A DNA stretch of 61,791 bases, taken from positions 1 through 61,791 of the IMG/VR virus record IMGVR_UViG_3300011335_000652. One strand, written 5' to 3'. The notes beneath the pieces are model-generated. The model had not been told where the DNA came from, searched no databases, and saw nothing but the letters and a program-made list of their open reading frames with translations. The number at the start of each line of letters is the position of its first letter. Position 1 is the first letter of the stretch. Shown here in pieces: positions 17,749 to 26,078 of the stretch. Made by a program: the position numbers and the translations under genes. The DNA comes from a virus. Its lineage: Duplodnaviria > Caudoviricetes.

Positions 17749-18039
17749 ATGGCTATGACACCCGAGGTCAAGGTTAAACGCGCCGTTGTGCAGCAACTCA
17801 AGGCATTGGGGGCATACTACTTCTATCCTGTCACTGGCGGGTTTGGGGGTAGCGGCGTTCCCGATATCGTGGGTTGCTACAACGGCCTGTTCTTTGGCAT
17901 CGAGTGCAAAGCTGGCAGCAACAAACCAACGGCGCTGCAACAAAAGAACCTGTCCGACATCAAAGCGTCGGGCGGGATCGCCTTAGTTATAAACGAGTCC
18001 AACGTGAACTCTGTTACCGAAGAACTCAATAGGAGATAA
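17749..18039 (+). CDS. VRR-NUC domain nuclease (Holliday junction resolvase-like)
   Basis: TPE.KVK...GVPDI...GIECKA...PTALQ motif. Confidence 0.85.
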   Translation: MAMTPEVKVKRAVVQQLKALGAYYFYPVTGGFGGSGVPDIVGCYNGLFFGIECKAGSNKPTALQQKNLSDIKASGGIALVINESNVNSVTEELNRR

Positions 18040-18041
18040 AA

Positions 18042-18599
18042 GTGAACGACACACAATGGGTTACACTTACTATCAATAATGCAATCCCTTCGGGGGCTGC
18101 GTTTGGTTACGATCAGATCACGGGCGCATCCTGCTTTATCCCTGCAAGCGTGATGTTTAGCACGGGCGCGCAGATCGGGGAGATGGTTGAGGTCCTGCTG
18201 ATCGACAACCCAAATCTCGCTGCTCGTGCGCGGACCCCCTACATGGTGCAGCACCTACGGAAAGCCTCTCGTCAAGCATCCCCTATCCTCACCCCGCGCA
18301 CCGCACCAATCGTGACGCCTACCCGCCCACCAACAGACCTTGCGGAGTTTGTTCGCACCTGTCTGCACTCTGGCGGGGTGTGGACAATTACCGATATTCT
18401 TGCTGAAGCCGACGTATCCGTATCGTCTGAAGATCCGCGCGCTCAGTATATCATATCGTCAACTTTGCGGACGATGTTTGCAAACAACGAGTGTGCGATG
18501 TGGACTATGTATACGAACGGGGACGCGACCATCCCACAGCGGACTTGGTTTAGCTGCTTCCCCCAAAACGTAGATGTTGCTGAGTGGGAGGGAGAGTAA
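18042..18599 (+). CDS. Hypothetical protein
   Basis: 185 aa; SD AGGAG. Confidence 0.65.
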   Translation: MNDTQWVTLTINNAIPSGAAFGYDQITGASCFIPASVMFSTGAQIGEMVEVLLIDNPNLAARARTPYMVQHLRKASRQASPILTPRTAPIVTPTRPPTDLAEFVRTCLHSGGVWTITDILAEADVSVSSEDPRAQYIISSTLRTMFANNECAMWTMYTNGDATIPQRTWFSCFPQNVDVAEWEGE

Positions 18600-18605
18600 C
18601 TAGCG

Positions 18606-19430
18606 ATGGATAACGAACTGACAGCAAAACAGGGCGGCGTAAAGTTTGACCAAGACAAACCATGCTATGACCTGATCCCGCCCGAGGTCGAAGAAGCCAT
18701 GGCGCAAGTTCTGACCTACGGGGCGAAAAAATACACAACGGAGGTGCAGAACGAATGGGACGCCCTTCTATATGCCCAGTGTGCAACGGCGCTGCAGGTA
18801 GCTACGCCAAAGGGAAATGTCGTAGGTGTTACGAGAAACACCTACGAGAGTCCAATCCCGATTTTGCAGAACGCCAACGTGAAAATCGAAGGGCTTGGGA
18901 GCGTAAAAACCCAGACAAGGTCGCTAAGCTGGCAGAGCGTAGACGCACTGATCCAGCAGCACGTAGCCGAGACGCTAAAACCAAGCGGGACTCCCGCCTT
19001 GCGCAATATGGACTTACCGAAACCACCTATGCCGCACTATGCGCTGAAGGATGCGCAATCTGTGGCGCCACCAAACACCTGCACATTGACCATTGTCACA
19101 AGTCAGGGGAGTTTAGAGGTATACTTTGCTCCCGATGCAATAATGGACTTGGGTTTTTGGACGATTGTGTGGAGGGGCTTGAACGAGCACTTCGGTATCT
19201 CAAGGCCGCAGAACAAAAGCGGCGAACGTAATTGGGAGCAGGGTATGGATTGGGGCCGTGTCTACGCCGCGATGCGGCGGCATATGGGCGCATGGTGGGG
19301 CGGAGAAGATACTGACCCCGAAAGCGGTATGACGCACTTGTGGCACGCCGCTGCGTGTATTGCGTTCCTTGTAGCGTTTGAGGCGCAAGGCGGGGGAAAC
19401 GACGACAGACCAAAAAGGAAGAAGAAATGA
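18606..19430 (+). CDS. dATP/dGTP diphosphohydrolase-domain (DUF5664-type) protein with a 162-aa in-frame insertion
   Basis: GVKFDQDKP.YDLIP...LTYGAKKY | insertion | GERNWEQGM...AMRRH...DPESGMTHLWHAAAC. Confidence 0.85.
   Translation: MDNELTAKQGGVKFDQDKPCYDLIPPEVEEAMAQVLTYGAKKYTTEVQNEWDALLYAQCATALQVATPKGNVVGVTRNTYESPIPILQNANVKIEGLGSVKTQTRSLSWQSVDALIQQHVAETLKPSGTPALRNMDLPKPPMPHYALKDAQSVAPPNTCTLTIVTSQGSLEVYFAPDAIMDLGFWTIVWRGLNEHFGISRPQNKSGERNWEQGMDWGRVYAAMRRHMGAWWGGEDTDPESGMTHLWHAAACIAFLVAFEAQGGGNDDRPKRKKK
18735..19220 (+). mobile_element. Frame-preserving 486-nt endonuclease insertion (no intein or intron features)
   Basis: Splits the normally contiguous KKY-GERNW motif; consists of 20 nt of leader with SD plus the endonuclease ORF. 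Boundaries approximate to a few nt. Confidence 0.75.
18755..19231 (+). CDS. Endonuclease VII-family homing endonuclease overprinted in the +2 frame
   Basis: YGLTETTY...CAICG...LHIDHCH..G.FRGILCSRCNNGLG; SD GGAGG at 18740-18744. Confidence 0.88.
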   Translation: MGRPSICPVCNGAAGSYAKGKCRRCYEKHLRESNPDFAERQRENRRAWERKNPDKVAKLAERRRTDPAARSRDAKTKRDSRLAQYGLTETTYAALCAEGCAICGATKHLHIDHCHKSGEFRGILCSRCNNGLGFLDDCVEGLERALRYLKAAEQKRRT

Positions 19431-19615
19431 GTATTACGCCAAACGAGCGCGAGGTCGTCGATCTGGAGATCGACCTGTTTGATGCTTACACAAAGATCGA
19501 CTACCTTGAAAATGTCCTGAAGCGGATCGTCGCTTCAGTAACCCCAAACAGCAACGCCACCGTAAAGCGGATGGTCGCTATCGCCAAGGAGGGCTTAGAG
19601 AATGCCGAAGATTGA
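19427..19615 (+). CDS. Hypothetical protein
   Basis: ATGA overlap; 62 aa. Confidence 0.6.
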   Translation: MSITPNEREVVDLEIDLFDAYTKIDYLENVLKRIVASVTPNSNATVKRMVAIAKEGLENAED

Positions 19616-19862
19616 TCTACACGAACTCGTTAACCTACCCTACGGGGAGGCCAATAAACGGCTCGAAGAGGCCGGCCACTACCGAGATGCGGACATAAAG
19701 GAGTATACTGTAAAGGTTACGGGCTACTACGAACCAGAAAGATACACAGAGACGGTTACCGTGCAAGCGGTAAACGAAGACCACGCATTTGAGCGGGCCG
19801 AAAAGCTGGTGGACTTCGACGTGATCGTGGCGTGTGAGATTGTAGAGGGAGAAGAAGAATGA
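19602..19862 (+). CDS. Hypothetical protein
   Basis: 86 aa; SD GGAGG. Confidence 0.6.
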   Translation: MPKIDLHELVNLPYGEANKRLEEAGHYRDADIKEYTVKVTGYYEPERYTETVTVQAVNEDHAFERAEKLVDFDVIVACEIVEGEEE

Positions 19863-20020
19863 GTGAGGAGGGTAGAGACGTCCTTGGCGTCATGGCAGGA
19901 GTGGCAATTATGCTTTGCAGCATAGTTTGGTTTCTCAGCCCAAGCCCGATGCAGCAGTGCATCAAGGCAGGCTACGAATGGCGCGGCGGTGACTGCGTGA
20001 TGGGGGTGACATATGAGTGA
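19859..20020 (+). CDS. Small membrane protein (53 aa)
   Basis: Below the ORF-track cutoff; ATGA overlap; hydrophobic VLGVMAGVAIMLCSIVWF segment. Confidence 0.55.
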   Translation: MSEEGRDVLGVMAGVAIMLCSIVWFLSPSPMQQCIKAGYEWRGGDCVMGVTYE

Positions 20021-20360
20021 CTTTGATCCAACAACAAACCGCATCCCTTTTGGTTTGCTGAGTGAAGACGAACAGACTGCGTTGATCCATTGGCCGCATG
20101 GGTGGCAATATTATGACCCCGACTTTGAATACTGGGCGGAATCAAAAGGCGATATTTGGTGCAGCAGCTTTGTATACCGTGGTAAAGCTGCGCCTGTGGT
20201 GGTTTCGCGGTATCGGAACATCGAACCACAGCACGGGGAATACACCTCACGCCATTTTGCCGACTTAGTGGCAAGCCCAGAACGCATTGCAGTCCTACGC
20301 ATCGACACCTGCAACGGGGTATCAACCGCACATTTGGAGACTGTCGGTGGCGACCAATAA
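20013..20360 (+). CDS. Hypothetical protein (NRIPFGLL motif)
   Basis: 115 aa; N-terminus resembles 21873-22061. Confidence 0.65.
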   Translation: MSDFDPTTNRIPFGLLSEDEQTALIHWPHGWQYYDPDFEYWAESKGDIWCSSFVYRGKAAPVVVSRYRNIEPQHGEYTSRHFADLVASPERIAVLRIDTCNGVSTAHLETVGGDQ

Positions 20361-20619
20361 ACAGCTAACAGAGAAAGCGATGTCGTTGCTGGCTTATGTT
20401 GGCGACGATATCAATGACATCGACCGAGAGATATCTGCTTTTAAAGGAGAGATGACCGTCCTCGCCGACAAAGAACAAGATGCGCTGTGGGCTGGAGATA
20501 CGACCAAGGCCCACAGCATCAAATATAAGTGGATGCTGAAGAAGAAAATGCGGATACTCTTAAAGAACCGAAAACGAAGGATACTCAGGGAAATGGGGGC
20601 TGCAGTTGCCACAGATTAA
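20287..20619 (+). CDS. Hypothetical basic protein (start uncertain)
   Basis: Fills the gap in the operon. Confidence 0.5.
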   Translation: MQSYASTPATGYQPHIWRLSVATNKQLTEKAMSLLAYVGDDINDIDREISAFKGEMTVLADKEQDALWAGDTTKAHSIKYKWMLKKKMRILLKNRKRRILREMGAAVATD

Positions 20620-21025
20620 GCGGGGGATCACCCCCCACGAGCGTGAAGTTATCACGACCAACACCGCCGAAGACGCCTGTAGGATACTTGGCATATCTCG
20701 TGCAACGGTAACCAAAATCTGCAAGAGGCACGGGATTACTTTCATTAGACTGAAGGCCCCGCCGACCGAGGCAGGGCGAATGCGGCGCAAGAATATCCAG
20801 CAGTCTTACAAGGAGGGACTTTCGGTCAAGGCAATTGCTTTCTTGTATAACGTCCACCCGTGGGACGTTCGCCGCATTCTCCGACTTCGGTATGAGGGCG
20901 AGGTGCTGAAATACCTTAACGCCGACACACTAAGCTGGCTCGAGCATCAGTGCCCTGATGGGATGAGCCTTAACGAATTTGCAGCCGTCCTAGTCAGGGA
21001 CGCATATTTGGAGGATACAGAATGA
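20606..21025 (+). CDS. HTH DNA-binding protein
   Basis: AEDACRILGISRATV and SVKAIAFLYNV helix-turn-helix-like segments. Confidence 0.65.
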   Translation: MPQIKRGITPHEREVITTNTAEDACRILGISRATVTKICKRHGITFIRLKAPPTEAGRMRRKNIQQSYKEGLSVKAIAFLYNVHPWDVRRILRLRYEGEVLKYLNADTLSWLEHQCPDGMSLNEFAAVLVRDAYLEDTE

Positions 21026-21363
21026 AAAACATCAGCCTGATTGCTAAAGTGTGCCATGATGCAAACCGCTCATGGTGCAATGCCAATGACGATCACAGCC
21101 AGCCAGTTTGGGAAGACGCGCCAGATTGGCAGATCGAAAGCGCCATTAATGGGGTTTATCATGCGCTGATTTATCCAGACACCACGCCAGCGGAGGGCCA
21201 TAGCAACTGGATGGCAGACAAAATCGCAGGCGGCTGGGTGTATGGCGAGGTCAAAGACGCCGTGGCCAAGACGCATCCCTGCATGGTCCCATACAATCAA
21301 CTGCCAGAGTTTCAGCGCAAGAAGGACGCGCTGTTCTTGGCTATCGTGAGGGCATTGGCATGA
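21022..21363 (+). CDS. RyR-domain protein
   Basis: HSNWM..K..GGWVYG...KTHPCMVPYNQLPEFQRKKD. Confidence 0.8.
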   Translation: MKNISLIAKVCHDANRSWCNANDDHSQPVWEDAPDWQIESAINGVYHALIYPDTTPAEGHSNWMADKIAGGWVYGEVKDAVAKTHPCMVPYNQLPEFQRKKDALFLAIVRALA

Positions 21364-21638
21364 CCGCACCTGACCTAAAACCCTGCCCGTTCTGCGGGGG
21401 AGACAAGAACATGATCTGCAAAACAGATTATGATGGCGGGGATGCCTACGCTGTGTCCTGCCGATACCCTGACTGTCACGGGGCAATCTTTACACTGGGC
21501 TATGGCTACTTCCCCACTAAGGATCAGGCCGTTGCTGCATGGAACACCCGTGCCAAACCTGCCCCTACAAAGGCAGAAATGGCTTTCGATCAACAGGTTT
21601 CTGACTATGTAAGGAGTTTGAGCAATGACCGCACCTGA
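21360..21638 (+). CDS. Lar-like restriction-alleviation zinc-finger protein
   Basis: LKPCPFCGG...C..C...AVAAWNTR. Confidence 0.75.
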   Translation: MTAPDLKPCPFCGGDKNMICKTDYDGGDAYAVSCRYPDCHGAIFTLGYGYFPTKDQAVAAWNTRAKPAPTKAEMAFDQQVSDYVRSLSNDRT

Positions 21639-21876
21639 CCAAATATTTGCCAGCCCAGACCGAGAAGATGGATGGCGCTGGCCCCGTGCAAGCCAATTTC
21701 CAGAGCAAGGGCCATATGAGAATGTCAGCTACACCCGTTCTGACCTTACACCTGACCCCGCCGCCATCCGTGAGGCTGCACTGCGTGAGGCTGCTTATGT
21801 GGCTTGGGTTTACGGATTTGAAAGAGAAGATGCGGTTCGGAAACGCATCCTCGCCCTAATCGGAGAGAAGAAATGA
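21625..21876 (+). CDS. Hypothetical protein
   Basis: 83 aa; SD AAGGAG. Confidence 0.6.
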   Translation: MTAPDQIFASPDREDGWRWPRASQFPEQGPYENVSYTRSDLTPDPAAIREAALREAAYVAWVYGFEREDAVRKRILALIGEKK

Positions 21877-22061
21877 CCCTCCTCAACAACACCAAAGCCT
21901 TTGGCCTGATGCCACAATCAACACAAGCAGCCATGCGCAAGCTGCGAGACCAAGGGGGCGTCATCCTTGAGTACGATTCCGATGGGGAATGGACCAACAT
22001 ACCCCCAAGAAAGTTTTGGTTGAACAAAGTATATCGCCTGAAAGAGGAGAAAACAGAATGA
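21873..22061 (+). CDS. Hypothetical protein
   Basis: 62 aa; ATGA overlap. Confidence 0.6.
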   Translation: MTLLNNTKAFGLMPQSTQAAMRKLRDQGGVILEYDSDGEWTNIPPRKFWLNKVYRLKEEKTE

Positions 22062-22345
22062 ACCTACGGACAGAAGTGTTGGCGTTTCGCATCTGGGCAT
22101 TTGCCTATCCACGGGGCTGGGACTGCACCCTACAGGAATTAGCCGATGCACTAGACGAAAGCCCTATGCGTATCCGCGCCGTATGCCAAGTAAAGAAGTG
22201 GAATAGCCGCTTGCGCGGCGCAGTAGCACAATACAACGACCTACACGGTGTACGCGGCGCGGCCCGAGAGGATGAAGTAGCAACCGCCGCGATGATCCAA
22301 CTACGCGCAACGAACCCCTACGGAACAATGGAGAGAACAGAATGA
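22058..22345 (+). CDS. Hypothetical, possible winged-HTH protein
   Basis: SD GAGGAG; TLQELADAL segment. Confidence 0.6.
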   Translation: MNLRTEVLAFRIWAFAYPRGWDCTLQELADALDESPMRIRAVCQVKKWNSRLRGAVAQYNDLHGVRGAAREDEVATAAMIQLRATNPYGTMERTE

Positions 22346-22557
22346 CAACCTTTTGGACCGTTATGGTTATCACGTTCGGTGCAGGCGCCTTCGATGGGAC
22401 GGTGACGGGTCTCCCCTACAAAAACCCACAAGAGTGCGGCGCGCACATAGAGGTCATGCAGAAGCAGATGGAAGCGCAGGGGTTGACCATCTCTATGATC
22501 CAGTGCAAAAAACTACCCCGCATCTCCACATCCCCCCTACCAAAAACCAGACCATAA
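22342..22557 (+). CDS. Hypothetical protein
   Basis: 71 aa; ATGA overlap. Confidence 0.55.
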   Translation: MTTFWTVMVITFGAGAFDGTVTGLPYKNPQECGAHIEVMQKQMEAQGLTISMIQCKKLPRISTSPLPKTRP

Positions 22558-22570
22558 CAAGGAGAACCAC

Positions 22571-23005
22571 ATGGATATCAAGATCGACTGGGCTATCGAC
22601 ATGGCCCGCCACGTCGCCAAACTTAGCAAAGACCCCTCCACGAAAGTGGGGGCGGTGATCTTCGACCCGAAGGGGCGCATCGTCAGCGCAGGTTTCAACG
22701 GCCTCGCCAGAGGCGTGAAGGATACTCCCGAGCGGCTGAATGACCGTGACCTGAAACTACGCATGGTGCTTCACGCTGAGCGCAACGCGATCTCGTTTGC
22801 AACGGCGCCCCTCGAGGGATGTGTTATGGTGGTGACCCACCCCTGCTGCGCGCAGTGCGCGGCGTCGATCATCCAAGCGGGTATCGCCCACGTCATGTAT
22901 CCCGCCCCGTTAGCAGAGTTCAAAGCGCGGTGGGCCGAAGACTACGAACTTGCCCATGCGCAGTTCAGCGAAGCGGGTGTCCAGATAACCGAGGTGCGGC
23001 TATGA
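22571..23005 (+). CDS. dCMP deaminase
   Basis: SKDPSTKVGA, HAERNA and PCCAQC zinc-binding motifs. Confidence 0.9.
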   Translation: MDIKIDWAIDMARHVAKLSKDPSTKVGAVIFDPKGRIVSAGFNGLARGVKDTPERLNDRDLKLRMVLHAERNAISFATAPLEGCVMVVTHPCCAQCAASIIQAGIAHVMYPAPLAEFKARWAEDYELAHAQFSEAGVQITEVRL

Positions 23006-23295
23006 AACCGCTTTCTCTAGAGAAGCGCCAAACGATGCAGGCGGCAGGGGATCGCACAGTGAACGCTGTTGGTCCTGAAAACTGCCTGCCTGTATCAGAG
23101 ATCAAGGAGGATGGAACGGTCCGACTTATTGACAGTTTTGTGCGGGACGGGTGGGTTCTCCCCGAGAACCGAGATGCAGAGATTATAGCAGCCCTTCAGA
23201 AACTACGGGTTGTTGAAGGGAGACAATACAGAAAAGCCATGGATAAAATTATTTTACTTGAAACCAAACTAGCGGCAAAGGAGGAAACAGAATGA
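23002..23295 (+). CDS. Hypothetical protein
   Basis: SD GAGG; ATGA overlaps at both ends. Confidence 0.55.
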   Translation: MKPLSLEKRQTMQAAGDRTVNAVGPENCLPVSEIKEDGTVRLIDSFVRDGWVLPENRDAEIIAALQKLRVVEGRQYRKAMDKIILLETKLAAKEETE

Positions 23296-25118
23296 ACCTT
23301 ATCACCCTAGACTTCGAGACCTACTACGACAAACAATATTCCCTCTCCAAGATGACCACGGAAGAATACATTCGAGACTCCCGCTTTCAAGTCATCGGCG
23401 TGTCCACCAAGCTGAACAACGAGCCACCTGTTTGGGTATCGGGTGGGTCCAGTGTGATCCTCGATCACCTACGTTCTTTGCCGTGGGACAGCTCCATGAT
23501 GCTGTGCCAGAACACCATGTTTGACGGCGCGATCCTGACATGGCGCTGCGGACTCAAGCCGAAGGCGTTGGCTGATACTATGCTGATGTCCCGCGCTTTG
23601 AACGGAGTGGAGGTGTCGCATAGCCTGAAGGCACTGGCCGAGCGCTATGGCGTAGGCATGAAGGGCACAGAGGTGTTGGACGCACTGGGCAAGCGCCGGA
23701 CCGATTTCACCACAGCAGAGCTGGCGGCGTATGGCCGCTACTGCATAAACGACGTGGAGCTGACGCGGGACATCTTCTACAAGATGATGGAGAAGGGTTT
23801 TCCGACCGACGAGTTGAAACTTATCGACGTCACTTTGCGTATGTTCACTGACCCTATCCTTGAATTAGATCGTGCGCATCTCGAGCAGCACCTAAAGACC
23901 GTCGTGCAGACTAAGGCCGACCTACTCGCTAAGCTAGGCAGCGACCGCAAAGACCTCATGTCCAACGCGAAGTTTGCCCTGATGTTGAACATGGCGGGCG
24001 TCACGCCGCCGCTGAAGACCAGCCCGACGACGGGTAAGGAGACATACGCGTTTGCCAAGAGCGACGAAGAGTTTCTTGCTTTGCTAGAGCACGAAGACCT
24101 CACAGTGCAGGCGCTAGTTGCTGCGCGGCTGGGGGTGAAGTCCACACTCGAAGAGACACGGACGCAGCGGTTCATCGACATCTCCAAGCGCGGGAACCTG
24201 CCTGTGCCGATCAGATACTACGCCGCTCATACTGGGCGGTGGGGTGGGTCCGACAAGATCAACCTGCAAAACCTGCCGAGCCGTGGGCCGAACGCGAAGC
24301 ACATCAAGAACTCAATCGTGGCCCCTGCGGGTTACGTGTTGATCGACGCTGACTCTGCGCAGATCGAAGCGCGTGTCCTTGCGTGGCTGGCTGAACAGGA
24401 AGATGTGGTGGCAACCTTCGCCGCAAACGGCGATGTCTATAAGCGTATGGCCGCTAAGATATTCGGCAAGGCCGAAGAAGATATCTCGAAGGCCGAGCGC
24501 CAAATCGGTAAGGTCGTCATCCTTGGCGCTGGATACGGCGTCGGTCACGTCAAGTTGCAGATGTTCCTCAAGATGCAAGCGGGCGTCGAGGTGGACCTAC
24601 AAGAAGCCAAGCGCATCATCGACATCTATCGGTCGTCGAACAACAGGATCAGCCAGCTCTGGAAAGACGCCGACATGGCGCTGCGCATGATGAACCAAGG
24701 CGACTCCGTGCAGTTTGGGCGGGCAGGGGTGTTGACGGTCGATGCAAACGAATTAGGTATACGTTTGCCCAACGGGTTATACATCCGGTATAGTGGGCTG
24801 GTAGGCGAACCGAGTGATCGGGGTATTCAGTATAGCTATAAGACGCGCAACGGCCCCAACAACATTTACGGCGGCAAAGTGATCGAGAACGTGTGCCAAG
24901 CGCTCGCACGGGGCATCATCGGCGAACAGATGTTAAGGATTGCCAAACGTTACCGCGTCGTGTTAACTGTGCATGACTCTGTTGTTGCCTGTGTGCCCGA
25001 AGCCGAGACCGAAGAAGCACAAGCCTACATCGAGGAATGTATGCGCTGGACGCCCGAATGGGCGGCGGGATTGCCCGTTAACTGCGAGTCGGAAGTGGGA
25101 GTGAAATATGGCGGGTAA
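23292..25118 (+). CDS. polA: DNA polymerase family A with 3'-5' exonuclease
   Basis: LDFET ExoI; HTGRW, NLQNLP, DSAQIEAR (motif A), RQIGKVVILGAGYG (motif B), TVHDS (motif C). Confidence 0.93.
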   Translation: MNLITLDFETYYDKQYSLSKMTTEEYIRDSRFQVIGVSTKLNNEPPVWVSGGSSVILDHLRSLPWDSSMMLCQNTMFDGAILTWRCGLKPKALADTMLMSRALNGVEVSHSLKALAERYGVGMKGTEVLDALGKRRTDFTTAELAAYGRYCINDVELTRDIFYKMMEKGFPTDELKLIDVTLRMFTDPILELDRAHLEQHLKTVVQTKADLLAKLGSDRKDLMSNAKFALMLNMAGVTPPLKTSPTTGKETYAFAKSDEEFLALLEHEDLTVQALVAARLGVKSTLEETRTQRFIDISKRGNLPVPIRYYAAHTGRWGGSDKINLQNLPSRGPNAKHIKNSIVAPAGYVLIDADSAQIEARVLAWLAEQEDVVATFAANGDVYKRMAAKIFGKAEEDISKAERQIGKVVILGAGYGVGHVKLQMFLKMQAGVEVDLQEAKRIIDIYRSSNNRISQLWKDADMALRMMNQGDSVQFGRAGVLTVDANELGIRLPNGLYIRYSGLVGEPSDRGIQYSYKTRNGPNNIYGGKVIENVCQALARGIIGEQMLRIAKRYRVVLTVHDSVVACVPEAETEEAQAYIEECMRWTPEWAAGLPVNCESEVGVKYGG

Positions 25119-25120
25119 GA

Positions 25121-25792
25121 ATGAGTGAAGCAGGCGCTTGGTCCTTTAGCCGGATGAAGAATTTCGAGAATTGCCCGAAGCAATACTATCACGTCACCGT
25201 GCTAAAGCAGTTTCCTTTTGAGGAGACTGAAGCCACGCGGTATGGGACAGAGTTTCACAAGGCCGCAGAAGACTATATGCGGGACGACAAGCCAATCCCG
25301 GAGCGGTTTTCCTTCGCAGAAGGTATGCTCAAATCCCTCAAGGACAAGCCGGGGACCAAGCACTGCGAACTCAAGATGGGTCTGACCGAAGACCTGCAGC
25401 CGTGTGGTTTCTTCGACGCCAACGTATGGTTTCGGGGCATCGTGGACTTGCTCATTATCGACGGGGACCGAGCCTTCATCATCGACTACAAGACAGGCAA
25501 GTCAGCCAAGTATGCCGACACGGGGCAGCTACAACTCATGGCTCTGTCGATCTTTGCGCACTTCCCCGAAGTGAAGCGGGTGAAGGCAGGGTTGTTGTTC
25601 GTGATCGCCGATAAGTTTGTGCCTGTAGATTACAACGTTTCTGATCGAGACGCGCTCTGGTCTCCGTGGATCAAGAAGTATGCCCGCCTCGAGAAGGCGC
25701 ACGAGACAAATGTATGGAACCCTGTGCCAAGCGGCCTATGCCGAAAGCACTGTCCTGTGGTAGAATGCCCGCACAACGGTAACAGCAGGTGA
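25121..25792 (+). CDS. PD-(D/E)XK (Cas4/RecB-like) exonuclease
   Basis: WSFS...CP, GTEFH, GIVDL, IIDYKTGK, QL, C-terminal Cys cluster. Confidence 0.88.
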   Translation: MSEAGAWSFSRMKNFENCPKQYYHVTVLKQFPFEETEATRYGTEFHKAAEDYMRDDKPIPERFSFAEGMLKSLKDKPGTKHCELKMGLTEDLQPCGFFDANVWFRGIVDLLIIDGDRAFIIDYKTGKSAKYADTGQLQLMALSIFAHFPEVKRVKAGLLFVIADKFVPVDYNVSDRDALWSPWIKKYARLEKAHETNVWNPVPSGLCRKHCPVVECPHNGNSR

Positions 25793-25795
25793 CCC

Positions 25796-26062
25796 ATGCC
25801 CTACGTAAAAAAGCCCCGCCCCTACAAAAAAGAGTGGGAGCAGGAGCAAGCCCGCGATGAGAAAGCCCCTCGATCCGAACGCGCTAAAGCGCGTCGCGCC
25901 TTTGATGCAAAGAACGGCAAGAGCGCACGGGCGGGCAAAGACCTGAGCCACAAGAAAGACCTCGCTAAGGGTGGCTCAAACAAAGATGGAGTCTTCCTCG
26001 AAGCGCCGAGCACAAACCGCGCACGGGGTGGAGCGATACACAAGCCCGCCAACAAAAAATAA
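25796..26062 (+). CDS. Small basic HNH-like protein
   Basis: GKDLSHKK.L.KGGSN...NRARG. Confidence 0.6.
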   Translation: MPYVKKPRPYKKEWEQEQARDEKAPRSERAKARRAFDAKNGKSARAGKDLSHKKDLAKGGSNKDGVFLEAPSTNRARGGAIHKPANKK

Positions 26063-26078
26063 CTCACTGGAGAGAGCC

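Noticed and set aside
18735-19220. Intein or group I intron explaining the insertion
   Set aside because: No Cys/Ser start with His-Asn end or +1 nucleophile, no Hint motifs, and no non-coding sequence for a ribozyme core.
18606-19430. Z-base (2-aminoadenine) or 7-deazaguanine DNA modification pathway
   Set aside because: No purZ, datZ, folE/queCDE or dpdA-like gene recognised; this domain alone is insufficient.
25121-25792. cas4 as part of a CRISPR system
   Set aside because: Sits between polA and the helicase, as is usual for stand-alone phage PD-(D/E)XK exonucleases.
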